Program-made: the position numbers and the translations under genes | Virus record (IMG/VR): IMGVR_UViG_3300007513_000041 | Span: 1-60,212 of that record | DNA from: a virus | Lineage: Duplodnaviria > Caudoviricetes | Reading direction: 5' to 3' (one strand) | Length of the DNA stretch: 60,212 nt | Shown: in pieces, positions 19,736 through 28,197 of the stretch | Layout: every line of letters starts with the position of its first letter | Numbering within the stretch: the stretch's first letter is position 1 | The notes under the pieces: model-generated | What the model was told of the DNA's origin: nothing | Database searches by the model: none | Seen by the model: only the letters and a program-made list of their open reading frames with translations

Positions 19736-20025
19736 TTGAATGGGAAAAACTAAACAACGGAAAATGGAAGGTAAAGGAAAAATTAGACTATAATTCACCA
19801 GATTATTCAAAAAGGATGAGAGCATCGATGAAAAAAATAAACGTATTTTGCGAAGATTGTAATACAACTTTTAATTTAGCAGACCCATGCGTTCATCATC
19901 TTAGTGATTCAGCAGAACATAGGGCTAAGTACAATGCATACAGAAAAAAACAAAAAGATAAACCTATTACAGAATCAAAGGTAAAAGACAAACAAACACT
20001 TATATTGAATAAAGGAGTCGACTAG
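19732..20025 (+). CDS. Hypothetical Zn-binding protein
   Basis: CEDC...CVHH. Confidence 0.5.
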   Translation: MIEWEKLNNGKWKVKEKLDYNSPDYSKRMRASMKKINVFCEDCNTTFNLADPCVHHLSDSAEHRAKYNAYRKKQKDKPITESKVKDKQTLILNKGVD

Positions 20026-20027
20026 AC

Positions 20028-20831
20028 ATGTTTTGTAGAAGACAGACAATAGAGCTGAATAAAAAAGATGACATAATAAACCTAGAACCACTAGGAGATA
20101 TACATTTGGGAAACCTCGGTTGTGATATTGATAAGTATGAGAGACGTATTAAACATATAGCAAAATCACAAAACACATACACAATAGGAATGGGAGATTA
20201 TATAGATAATATTTCTGCCTACGCAGGTGGAATTGTAGATAAGCGTTGGAATCCAGAAACTGTGGATAGAAGAATGCTCACAACAGAAGAGCAAACAGAA
20301 AGATTTCTTGAGTCATGGAGACCATTGGTGGATAAAACTATTGGTGGTTTACTTGCAGGTAATCATGAATGGAAAACCATTAACCAGAAGAGATTTATAA
20401 CCGATTTTTGTAAGCCATTAGGGTTGCCATACTTAGGAAGATTAGCATATGTTAGTCTAACATTCACTCATAATAAAAAGGAAATTAGAAACTACCTATT
20501 ACTTGTAATGCATGGGGGATATGCAGGAGCTATGGCAGGTGGAGCAGTAAATAGAATGAAACAATTATGTGGAGACTTTGATTGTGATGTAGCATTAATG
20601 GGTCATAACCATGATACATGGGTGAGACCTATAGTCAGAATGAGTTATGATAGAAAGACAAACCTACCTGTTGAAAAGAAAGTATTACTTGGAAACACTG
20701 GTACATTCCTAAGAGGATATACAAAAGGTGTTGATTCCTATGTTGAGATAAACCCAAGAGAAGCAAAGAGAGTAGGAAATATTACAGTTACATTCGATCC
20801 CTACAACGGAGATATATTTGGACATGATTAG
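20028..20831 (+). CDS. Calcineurin-like metallophosphoesterase
   Basis: GDIH, GDYID, GNHE, HG, GHNH. Confidence 0.9.
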   Translation: MFCRRQTIELNKKDDIINLEPLGDIHLGNLGCDIDKYERRIKHIAKSQNTYTIGMGDYIDNISAYAGGIVDKRWNPETVDRRMLTTEEQTERFLESWRPLVDKTIGGLLAGNHEWKTINQKRFITDFCKPLGLPYLGRLAYVSLTFTHNKKEIRNYLLLVMHGGYAGAMAGGAVNRMKQLCGDFDCDVALMGHNHDTWVRPIVRMSYDRKTNLPVEKKVLLGNTGTFLRGYTKGVDSYVEINPREAKRVGNITVTFDPYNGDIFGHD

Positions 20832-21096
20832 GGGAGCTAATAAACTATTAAGGGCTGAGTCAGAGGAAGAAATTTTGCGTTCAACAGATATAAAACCTGT
20901 AAAACACAACGCTGATTTTGTATTAGATGCATTAAAAGCACATAAAAAAAACGGATTATCTAATTGGGAAATTGCAATAATCACTGGTCTGAGATCAAGG
21001 CGTGTAAGAGAAGAGGTTCAAAGATTAAGACAGAAGGGTATGATAAAAGAAGATACATGTAGATGTAAAAGAACTCCAATATATTTTATCTTATAA
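20818..21096 (+). CDS. Winged-HTH DNA-binding protein
   Basis: GLSNWEIAIITGL..RRVREEVQRLRQKGMI. Confidence 0.75.
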   Translation: MDMIRGANKLLRAESEEEILRSTDIKPVKHNADFVLDALKAHKKNGLSNWEIAIITGLRSRRVREEVQRLRQKGMIKEDTCRCKRTPIYFIL

Positions 21097-21146
21097 AACG
21101 TTTTATATTTCGCCAACTTTAAATTAGGGGTCGTTTAAACTACATC

Positions 21147-21314
21147 ATGTTTATTTATTTAACATGGAAAAACAAAAGAGGAGAGACTTTGAAGACATTA
21201 TTACAAGAAGAAAAGGCAATAAAAATATCAAAATTAATGAAAGATTTAGGGGTAGATGTATCTATTATACCAGAATCTCTGGTAGATCCTATTCCTACAA
21301 ACAAGCTTAACTAA
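21147..21314 (+). CDS. Small hypothetical protein (55 aa)
   Basis: MFIYLTWKNKRGETLK...; TTTAAA upstream. Confidence 0.5.
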   Translation: MFIYLTWKNKRGETLKTLLQEEKAIKISKLMKDLGVDVSIIPESLVDPIPTNKLN

Positions 21315-21373
21315 CTTACTTTAACTAACTTAGTTAAGTATACGTTTATATTTGGTGGTGTTTACTGTCCTTT

Positions 21374-21694
21374 ATGAATATATCTTCTTATACAAAAACA
21401 ATATCTGTGAGTAATGAAGCGAAACCAATCCTTCAAGAATTAGATAGAGTGAGACCAAACAATATATCATTCAGTGCAATGCTCGCAATAGCAGCCAAGG
21501 AATATGTAAACAATCACAAGACAGATGTTTTAAACCTAACAAACTTTATGGATTCATCACCTACTTTCTTTTCTGATGTTGAGAGTTGGAAAAAATATAT
21601 TGAAAAAAGTCCAACTTCAGAATTAAAGAAGATACAGAATAGGCATTTACAGATAGGTAATATAATAAGAAAAAGAGTTAATGAATTACTATGA
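21374..21694 (+). CDS. RHH-domain protein coupled to MCM
   Basis: TKTISVS...ISFSAMLAIAAKEYV; overlaps MCM start. Confidence 0.55.
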   Translation: MNISSYTKTISVSNEAKPILQELDRVRPNNISFSAMLAIAAKEYVNNHKTDVLNLTNFMDSSPTFFSDVESWKKYIEKSPTSELKKIQNRHLQIGNIIRKRVNELL

Positions 21695-23664
21695 AGACTT
21701 TGACAGAATCTGCATATAGGGATAAAATAGTTGAAGCATTATCGTCTAAAAGGTGGACAAGAGTAATTGATGCACTAAGACCTAACGGTGTGTTTACCTT
21801 AAATGGTATGGAGAAACCTTTTGCAGAATTAATATTAGAGAACAAGGATAAATTCATTGATGTATTAAGACAGGCTGTCTATGAAGTATTAAAAGATAGA
21901 CATCCTGAAGTTGATATAGAATCAACATTCAATGGTTTAAAGATAAGATTAACTGTAGATGAGTCAACCCCAATGCATAAATTAAATGCTAGGGAACATG
22001 AAAATTGTGTAGTGTCTTTTGATTGTGAGATCATAGGTATGGCTAAAGTAATGTCATATATAAAAGAATGTAGTTTAGGATGTCCTAGATGTTTTATGGA
22101 GATATCAGTGAAAGCAGATATGGATAAGAAGATACCAATAAAAGTATGCTCAAACCCACAATGTAAAAAAACAAAATTAGAAGTGATAAGGGATAGTATT
22201 AAAACAGATAACGTTCAGGCTATAACGTTACAAGAACCATTGGCTTCTTCAAGAAATCAAACACCTATAATTTTAAGAGGAAAAATAGATGGTAATCTTA
22301 TAGGTGATGTTTTCATAGGTCAGAGGAAAAGAATAACTGGTGTTTATAGATCTGAACTTGATTTGAAAAAAGATGAGAATGAAATATTAATTGAAATTAC
22401 AAACGCAGATAATCTAGATATATCAGACAGTGTTGTTATGTCAAAAGAAGACTTGGAAAAAATAAAAAAAGATTCTATTAATGATGGTTTTATAGACAAG
22501 ATTGTAGGCAGTTATGCACCTCATATCTATGGCATGAATGATGTAAAACTTGCATGTCTATTACAATTAGCTGGTGGTAGTGAAGGTGTTAAGAGACCTA
22601 ATATAAACATCCTATTAGTAGGAGATCCAAGTATGGCAAAGTCAGAGATATTAAAATCACAAAACACATACTCGCATCGTTCAATGTATACATCTGGTAA
22701 AGGTTCTTCAGGTGTGGGTCTTACATTAGGATTGGCAAAGAGAGATGGTGAGTTTGAATTGTCAGCAGGTGGTTTTGTAATATGTGATGGTGGAATAATA
22801 TGTGTAGACGAGTTTGAAAAAATGGATTCTTATAATAGAAGTGCTATACATGAGCCATTAGAACAGGGTACATGTAGCATAGCCAAGGCAGGATTCAAAG
22901 CAACATTTCCTGCAAGGACAAGTTGTTTGGCTGCAGCAAACCCAAAGTTTGGTAAGTATGATGAGGATGAAACATTGGTAACAAATATCGATTTACCTCC
23001 ATCATTGTTATCAAGGTTTGATTTCATATGGCTTATTAAGGACAGCGTTAATGAAAAAGAAGACTCAGAAAAGGCTAAACATATTCTTAATACATATCTT
23101 AATGGAAATATAAATGAGAAAAAATACTTAGATCAGAATAGCTTAAAGGGATATCTTAACCATGTAAGAAAAATAAACCCACAGATAACTGTAGATACAC
23201 AGAATAAAATACTCAGTATTTACAAAAACATGAGGGAGGTATCTGCAGAACAGAATAGTGTTGCTGTTGGTACTAGACAGTTAGAGTCAATAATAAGAGC
23301 ATCAACAGCTCATGCAAAACTATGTTTCAGGGATAAGGTTTTACCTGAAGATGTAGAATGTGTTGAGGATTTGATAAGAAAAGAGTATCAATCTTTTGGA
23401 TTTGATTTAACCAATGGTACTTCATCAAACCAAACAACTCTTGTGGGTCTTACAAAAAAAGAGACCAAAGAACAAACAGCTAATAGGGTATGGCATGAAT
23501 CTGCTAATAATAATAAAGTGAAACTTGTTGATTTTGTAAAACTACTTAGTATGGAAACTGGATTCGATGAAGAGCAGGCTATGAAAATATTCTATGCATG
23601 GGAACAACAATGTATAATAAAACTTAATTCAGATAACACATACAGTAAGTCAGGAGGATTCTAA
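21691..23664 (+). CDS. mcm: MCM replicative helicase
   Basis: Zn finger CPRC...CSNPQC; Walker A GDPSMAKS; CVDEFEKM; AAANPKFG; LLSRFD; C-terminal winged helix. Confidence 0.96.
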   Translation: MKTLTESAYRDKIVEALSSKRWTRVIDALRPNGVFTLNGMEKPFAELILENKDKFIDVLRQAVYEVLKDRHPEVDIESTFNGLKIRLTVDESTPMHKLNAREHENCVVSFDCEIIGMAKVMSYIKECSLGCPRCFMEISVKADMDKKIPIKVCSNPQCKKTKLEVIRDSIKTDNVQAITLQEPLASSRNQTPIILRGKIDGNLIGDVFIGQRKRITGVYRSELDLKKDENEILIEITNADNLDISDSVVMSKEDLEKIKKDSINDGFIDKIVGSYAPHIYGMNDVKLACLLQLAGGSEGVKRPNINILLVGDPSMAKSEILKSQNTYSHRSMYTSGKGSSGVGLTLGLAKRDGEFELSAGGFVICDGGIICVDEFEKMDSYNRSAIHEPLEQGTCSIAKAGFKATFPARTSCLAAANPKFGKYDEDETLVTNIDLPPSLLSRFDFIWLIKDSVNEKEDSEKAKHILNTYLNGNINEKKYLDQNSLKGYLNHVRKINPQITVDTQNKILSIYKNMREVSAEQNSVAVGTRQLESIIRASTAHAKLCFRDKVLPEDVECVEDLIRKEYQSFGFDLTNGTSSNQTTLVGLTKKETKEQTANRVWHESANNNKVKLVDFVKLLSMETGFDEEQAMKIFYAWEQQCIIKLNSDNTYSKSGGF

Positions 23665-23680
23665 GGTTAGGAAGATTAAT

Positions 23681-24685
23681 ATGGTAGAAGAAACTAAGGA
23701 AGACGTGCAAATACAAACAGAACCAGACATTGATTATTCAATTCAACAGTTAGATGGTGTCGGTGCTGTAACACAGAAAAAATTAGAATCGTTTGGTGTA
23801 ACATCAATATTTGATATATGTATAAGAGGATCAAAAGAAGTATCAGAGATAACAGGAGTAACAAAATCAAAGTCAGACAGTTGGGTGTTTCAATGTCAGA
23901 AAATACTTGAAGATAACAAACTGATTAGAGCTACAGATATGAACACTGTAGAACTTATGGATTATCAAGATAATTATCCACTACTAAGTACAAAATGTGA
24001 CGAAATAGACAACCTAATAGGTGGTGGAGTAAAGCCTGAATGTACATATGAAATATATGGTGCTTTCGGATCTGGTAAAACACAATTCAGTAATTCATTA
24101 ACAGTTGAGGCAATTCGAGCTGAAAAAAATGTAATTTGGGTAGATTGTGAAGATACATTTCGACCTAAAAGAATAGTGGAGATAATGATGGCTAAGGGAT
24201 ATATTGAAGATAAGGAAGAAGCCAAAGAATATTTGGATAGAATAACATACTATTATTGTCCTAACACAGAGCAACTGATGGGTACTGTTAATAGTATTTC
24301 TAAGATTTTACAGGAAAAGAAACCAAGGCTGGTTATCTTTGATGGTGCTATAGGTCAATTTAGGGAAGAATACCTAGGCAGGGGAACTTTGGCTGAAAGG
24401 CAAAACCAGATAGCACGACTAATGACTCATTTGAAGAACATTTCATTTTATTTCTATTGTACAGTCCTATTTACGAACCAAGTTCAGTCAGATCCAGCAG
24501 TTATGTTCGGAGACCCAATAAAACCAATAGGTGGCAATATTGTAGGTCATGCGTCAACATATAGAATATACTTTAAGAAATCTGGTAAAAAAAGAATAGC
24601 AAGGATGGTAGATAGTCCAGAACACCCACAGCAAGATGCAGAATTCATTTTAAATGCAAAGGGTATTGACAGTCCTGAAAAATGA
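23681..24685 (+). CDS. radA: Archaeal RadA recombinase
   Basis: HhH LDGVG; GAFGSGKTQ; DCEDTFRP; YLGRGTLAERQ; KPIGGNIVGHAST; RIARMVDSP. Confidence 0.97.
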   Translation: MVEETKEDVQIQTEPDIDYSIQQLDGVGAVTQKKLESFGVTSIFDICIRGSKEVSEITGVTKSKSDSWVFQCQKILEDNKLIRATDMNTVELMDYQDNYPLLSTKCDEIDNLIGGGVKPECTYEIYGAFGSGKTQFSNSLTVEAIRAEKNVIWVDCEDTFRPKRIVEIMMAKGYIEDKEEAKEYLDRITYYYCPNTEQLMGTVNSISKILQEKKPRLVIFDGAIGQFREEYLGRGTLAERQNQIARLMTHLKNISFYFYCTVLFTNQVQSDPAVMFGDPIKPIGGNIVGHASTYRIYFKKSGKKRIARMVDSPEHPQQDAEFILNAKGIDSPEK

Positions 24686-24688
24686 GTT

Positions 24689-25036
24689 ATGAATACAAGA
24701 CAACGGATGAGAGCATCCAACAGGAAAGCTGTGTTATGGCTTCTTGAAAATGGCTATGATGATATCTGGTTAAAGGCACACACAAAAAGACTTGATTTAA
24801 TATACACAGTAGGAGAATGGTACAGGGCATTAGACTTATGGAACTTATTTGACGGTATATGCTTCAATGAAGATGGGGAGTCTATTTTCTTTCAAGTGAA
24901 GACAAATGCATGGGCTAAAGCACAACCAATAAAGGATTTTCTATGCAATAAGAAGAATTTGAAGGTTTTAGTTATCAATGTAAGAGGACAGAAAAGAAAA
25001 TGGGATATATTAGTGAGAAAATATGAAAGTAAATGA
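24689..25036 (+). CDS. Holliday junction resolvase-like (Hjc-type) nuclease
   Basis: LLENGY...FDGIC...FFQVKTN. Confidence 0.7.
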   Translation: MNTRQRMRASNRKAVLWLLENGYDDIWLKAHTKRLDLIYTVGEWYRALDLWNLFDGICFNEDGESIFFQVKTNAWAKAQPIKDFLCNKKNLKVLVINVRGQKRKWDILVRKYESK

Positions 25037-25451
25037 AAAAGGTCAATTTATAGGAAAAGGTGAAGAAACAGCACTGTCTATATTAAAAGACATATACGGA
25101 GAAAGCGCAGAATACAAAATTCAAGTTCCTTTTAGGGATTTACTCAATGAAGAGTGGAGGGGAACTCTTACTGAAATACAGGAAAAAGAAACATTAGATA
25201 TAGTAGTAAATGTCAACACAAAGAATAAAGCAGACCTTAATTGGGATCATGTTATTGTATTTAGAATACAGGATGCACATCATAGAGGCATGCATACAGC
25301 AGAGAGAGACCTAGTGCAGAAGAAAACATTGGAGTGGAATGGTCATACGGTAGTGGATTTGTGGGATTATGATTGTCCTGAACTCTTTAAGGAGAGAAAA
25401 AATGATAAATCCATTGCAGAAGTCAAGGAGTCTATGTCTTTTGTAAAATGA
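25023..25451 (+). CDS. Vsr/DUF559-like endonuclease
   Basis: LDIVV...IQDAHH...RD...LEWNGHTVVDLW. Confidence 0.6.
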   Translation: MKVNEKGQFIGKGEETALSILKDIYGESAEYKIQVPFRDLLNEEWRGTLTEIQEKETLDIVVNVNTKNKADLNWDHVIVFRIQDAHHRGMHTAERDLVQKKTLEWNGHTVVDLWDYDCPELFKERKNDKSIAEVKESMSFVK

Positions 25452-25580
25452 CATTTGATATTAATTCCTTGTAACATATAACACAATATTTTATTTTACC
25501 AGATATTACAATAGATTGATTCCTACATAATCTGCATGGCTCTAATATATCTACGAACTCTCCCAAGTCTGCAATGACCA

Positions 25581-25832
25581 TTACTTATATAAATTATCTG
25601 GTGCGTCTTTCTCTTCTTGTTTTGGTTGCTCATCCTTATGAGCAAAAAATAGATTATATAATTCCATTTTCTGTTGATTTATCTTTTCATGTATCATAAG
25701 AAGTGCAATATCAACCTCGATTATACTTAGTTTATCAGCAGTGAAAGCATCTGTTATATCTTCATCTATCTTATCATGAAGTTTTTCTATTACATCCCAT
25801 CGTGGTTCATGTGAATATTCTTTTTCTGCCAT
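25581..25832 (-). CDS. Hypothetical protein
   Basis: Helical ORF starting MAEKEY. Confidence 0.5.
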   Translation of the reverse strand: MAEKEYSHEPRWDVIEKLHDKIDEDITDAFTADKLSIIEVDIALLMIHEKINQQKMELYNLFFAHKDEQPKQEEKDAPDNLYK

Positions 25833-25853
25833 ATGCTTATTTCTCACACTCAA

Positions 25854-26048
25854 CTATAAGTGTTTTCTGTCTTCTGTTGAGGATTTATGTCTTTTTAGGA
25901 ACGCTTCTGCCATAATAAGCAATTTTTCAACGTTTTCTGTTTTCGATTTTAAATGGATTGCGTGATTGTTGTTATGAGATGTTGTAGAATCGTTTATCTC
26001 CAAGCCTACCTCGTAAGCTACAGATTCATTGGCTACTTCATCTGTCAT
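25854..26048 (-). CDS. Hypothetical protein
   Basis: ORF in a minus-strand cluster. Confidence 0.5.
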   Translation of the reverse strand: MTDEVANESVAYEVGLEINDSTTSHNNNHAIHLKSKTENVEKLLIMAEAFLKRHKSSTEDRKHL

Positions 26049-26217
26049 TTTTTATCCTCGCATTTTTGCATAGCGCCTGTAAGTTAAACAAGTCATCTTC
26101 AATTTTTCCTATGCTTAAATTATGGAATACAACTAATTTTTTATATTCCTGCTCCCAATCTTTTGTTTTTTCTTTCTTTTCTTCTTTAACCATAATTCCA
26201 TCTAAACTAACCCCAAT

Positions 26218-26478
26218 TTAAACCTTTTTCCTTACCTTTGCTATGATAGCAAGAGTTATTCCTATTATTGGAATCAATTCAAGTAAATCTATACCATATA
26301 TAAGGAAATCCAAAACTATGTTTTTACCAAATATTAATGTGTGGTCATGATCTCCAAAAAAACACTCTGCTGCTGTGATTGTGTGTGGTATTTGGGCATA
26401 TAATATAACTGCTGAAATTATGAGGCTTTTAGCCATATGTCTTTCATACCAATCTAAAAATCGATGTATTAGTCTCAT
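26218..26478 (-). CDS. Two-TM membrane protein
   Basis: Two hydrophobic helices, basic C-terminus. Confidence 0.6.
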   Translation of the reverse strand: MRLIHRFLDWYERHMAKSLIISAVILYAQIPHTITAAECFFGDHDHTLIFGKNIVLDFLIYGIDLLELIPIIGITLAIIAKVRKKV

Positions 26479-26521
26479 AAAAAAAGAATAAATTTAATAG
26501 ATATTAACTTTACCTTATTTT

Positions 26522-26776
26522 ATGGCATTAATGACAGACTTTAAGCTGGGAAAGGATGATAATAGGGGTATATATTTTGAGGACACTGAGAGATGCCTCA
26601 TCTTCCTATCAATGCACGAAACCATAGAAGACGTTTATAAAACAATCACACATGAGGTATTACATCATTGTTTAGGCGATAAATGTAGTGTACAACCCAG
26701 CCTGAACGAAACGTTAGATGAGATACAGGAAGAGTTACTCATATTTAATATGCAGTGGGCTGATATTTCCCTCTGA
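26522..26776 (+). CDS. Minimal HExxH zincin-like protein
   Basis: TITHEVLHHCL followed by QEE. Confidence 0.6.
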   Translation: MALMTDFKLGKDDNRGIYFEDTERCLIFLSMHETIEDVYKTITHEVLHHCLGDKCSVQPSLNETLDEIQEELLIFNMQWADISL

Positions 26777-26935
26777 ATCTAAACATTTAAATAAAGATAA
26801 AAAAATATTTTTTTATGGTATGTCACATATGCTTAGCAGAAAACGTTAATAAAAAAATAGACAGGTTAGACTTGTGTAATGATTGTTTTATTAAAGTAGA
26901 AAAAGAAACTATAAAACATAATAAGGAGATAAAAA

Positions 26936-27286
26936 TTGGTACAATTAAGAGTGGTTGATAACTACTGTATAAATATAAGTTGTCATGTTCCCTTAACAGA
27001 ATATGAATTGACTAGACAAAAAAAGTCTAGAAAATATAGATTCTGTAGAAAATGTAGAATGCTTAGATATACAAGTTCTGTTAGTTGGAAGTGTATAGGG
27101 TGTGGAAAAACTATAGATCATGGATCTTATGTAGGACAATATTATTGTAATATTCGTGGTTGCTTTTCTTTTAATGGTGGAAAAAGTTATAGGGGAAAAC
27201 AGTTAAATAAAAAGAACAGTCGTATTCGTGCTAGGGTTAAGGCTTTCGTAAGGAAACACCCTATAAAGAAATACAAAGAAATCTAG
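26936..27286 (+). CDS. Cys-rich basic Zn-finger protein
   Basis: Several CxxC-type pairs, basic tail. Confidence 0.5.
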   Translation: MVQLRVVDNYCINISCHVPLTEYELTRQKKSRKYRFCRKCRMLRYTSSVSWKCIGCGKTIDHGSYVGQYYCNIRGCFSFNGGKSYRGKQLNKKNSRIRARVKAFVRKHPIKKYKEI

Positions 27287-27342
27287 TTGCAGACTTGCGC
27301 GCGTGTATGCGTATGCGTAATGGAGCTTTAAAAAAAAGAGAG

Positions 27343-28197
27343 TTAGTGTTGGATATAAGTCACGTTTGATACTGTTTTATCCCAACAATCCCTACATTCA
27401 TTACATGAATTATCCTGCATTTTAGCAGGGCATACACCGTCAGATATTGCCATCTTTCTTATCAAACCCATGTTCATGAGTAATCTTCCTGAATCTACTA
27501 ATGAATTTATTTTCATGTTATGGATTGCTTGCTTTTCATTTTCCTTAAAGGCACTGAGGAGTTCTTTTTTCTTCGTACTTACGTTAGAAGTTTTACACCC
27601 AATCTTTTCTGCCATATCTGTTATAGGTCTTCCATCAATTATTGGTGTTGATAATCTTACTACTAGGTTTGATATGTTGTCTAACTTGTGTGAATCATAT
27701 CCATTTACATGCTTTGTAGCATATTCATTTAGTATGCCAAACTCTAATGTTGGAAGCCAATGCTTAACATTTGGTGTTTGATTAACCACATCTATTATCA
27801 TTTCTAAGTGTTCTACACTAAGAAGATCTCCACTATCAAACCACCTGAAATACTCAGATCCATAACCGTTTATAAGGTATACCATAGCTTCAACCCATTT
27901 ATTCCATGTCTTTTTGTAGTTATGAGTTTTACAACTAACTTTACCACATTCATTACATTCGTATATATCTAATGCAATGAGAACACACTTATATCTTCTA
28001 TAATAAGAATCTACTACATTATCTATAAGATACCTACCCCTATGAGCATAACACTTAGCGCAAACAGAATTCTTTACTTCTCTTCGTAATTTACCACCAA
28101 CATTACAAGTGGAAGCAGGAATACCATACGAATAGCATGGCATTTTGCTTGTGTTGGTTAGTCCACCTGTTATCCTTATTGCTTCTGGTATGTTCAT
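27343..28197 (-). CDS. Gp88-family Fe-S (radical-SAM-like) protein
   Basis: SKMPC.SY, C...CAKCYA, YFRWFDSGD, HWLPT, C-terminal CP..CNECRDCW. Confidence 0.8.
   Translation of the reverse strand: MNIPEAIRITGGLTNTSKMPCYSYGIPASTCNVGGKLRREVKNSVCAKCYAHRGRYLIDNVVDSYYRRYKCVLIALDIYECNECGKVSCKTHNYKKTWNKWVEAMVYLINGYGSEYFRWFDSGDLLSVEHLEMIIDVVNQTPNVKHWLPTLEFGILNEYATKHVNGYDSHKLDNISNLVVRLSTPIIDGRPITDMAEKIGCKTSNVSTKKKELLSAFKENEKQAIHNMKINSLVDSGRLLMNMGLIRKMAISDGVCPAKMQDNSCNECRDCWDKTVSNVTYIQH

Noticed and set aside
21691-24685. Inteins in MCM or RadA (also checked TerL)
   Set aside because: Lengths are normal and no intein splice motifs or LAGLIDADG blocks seen
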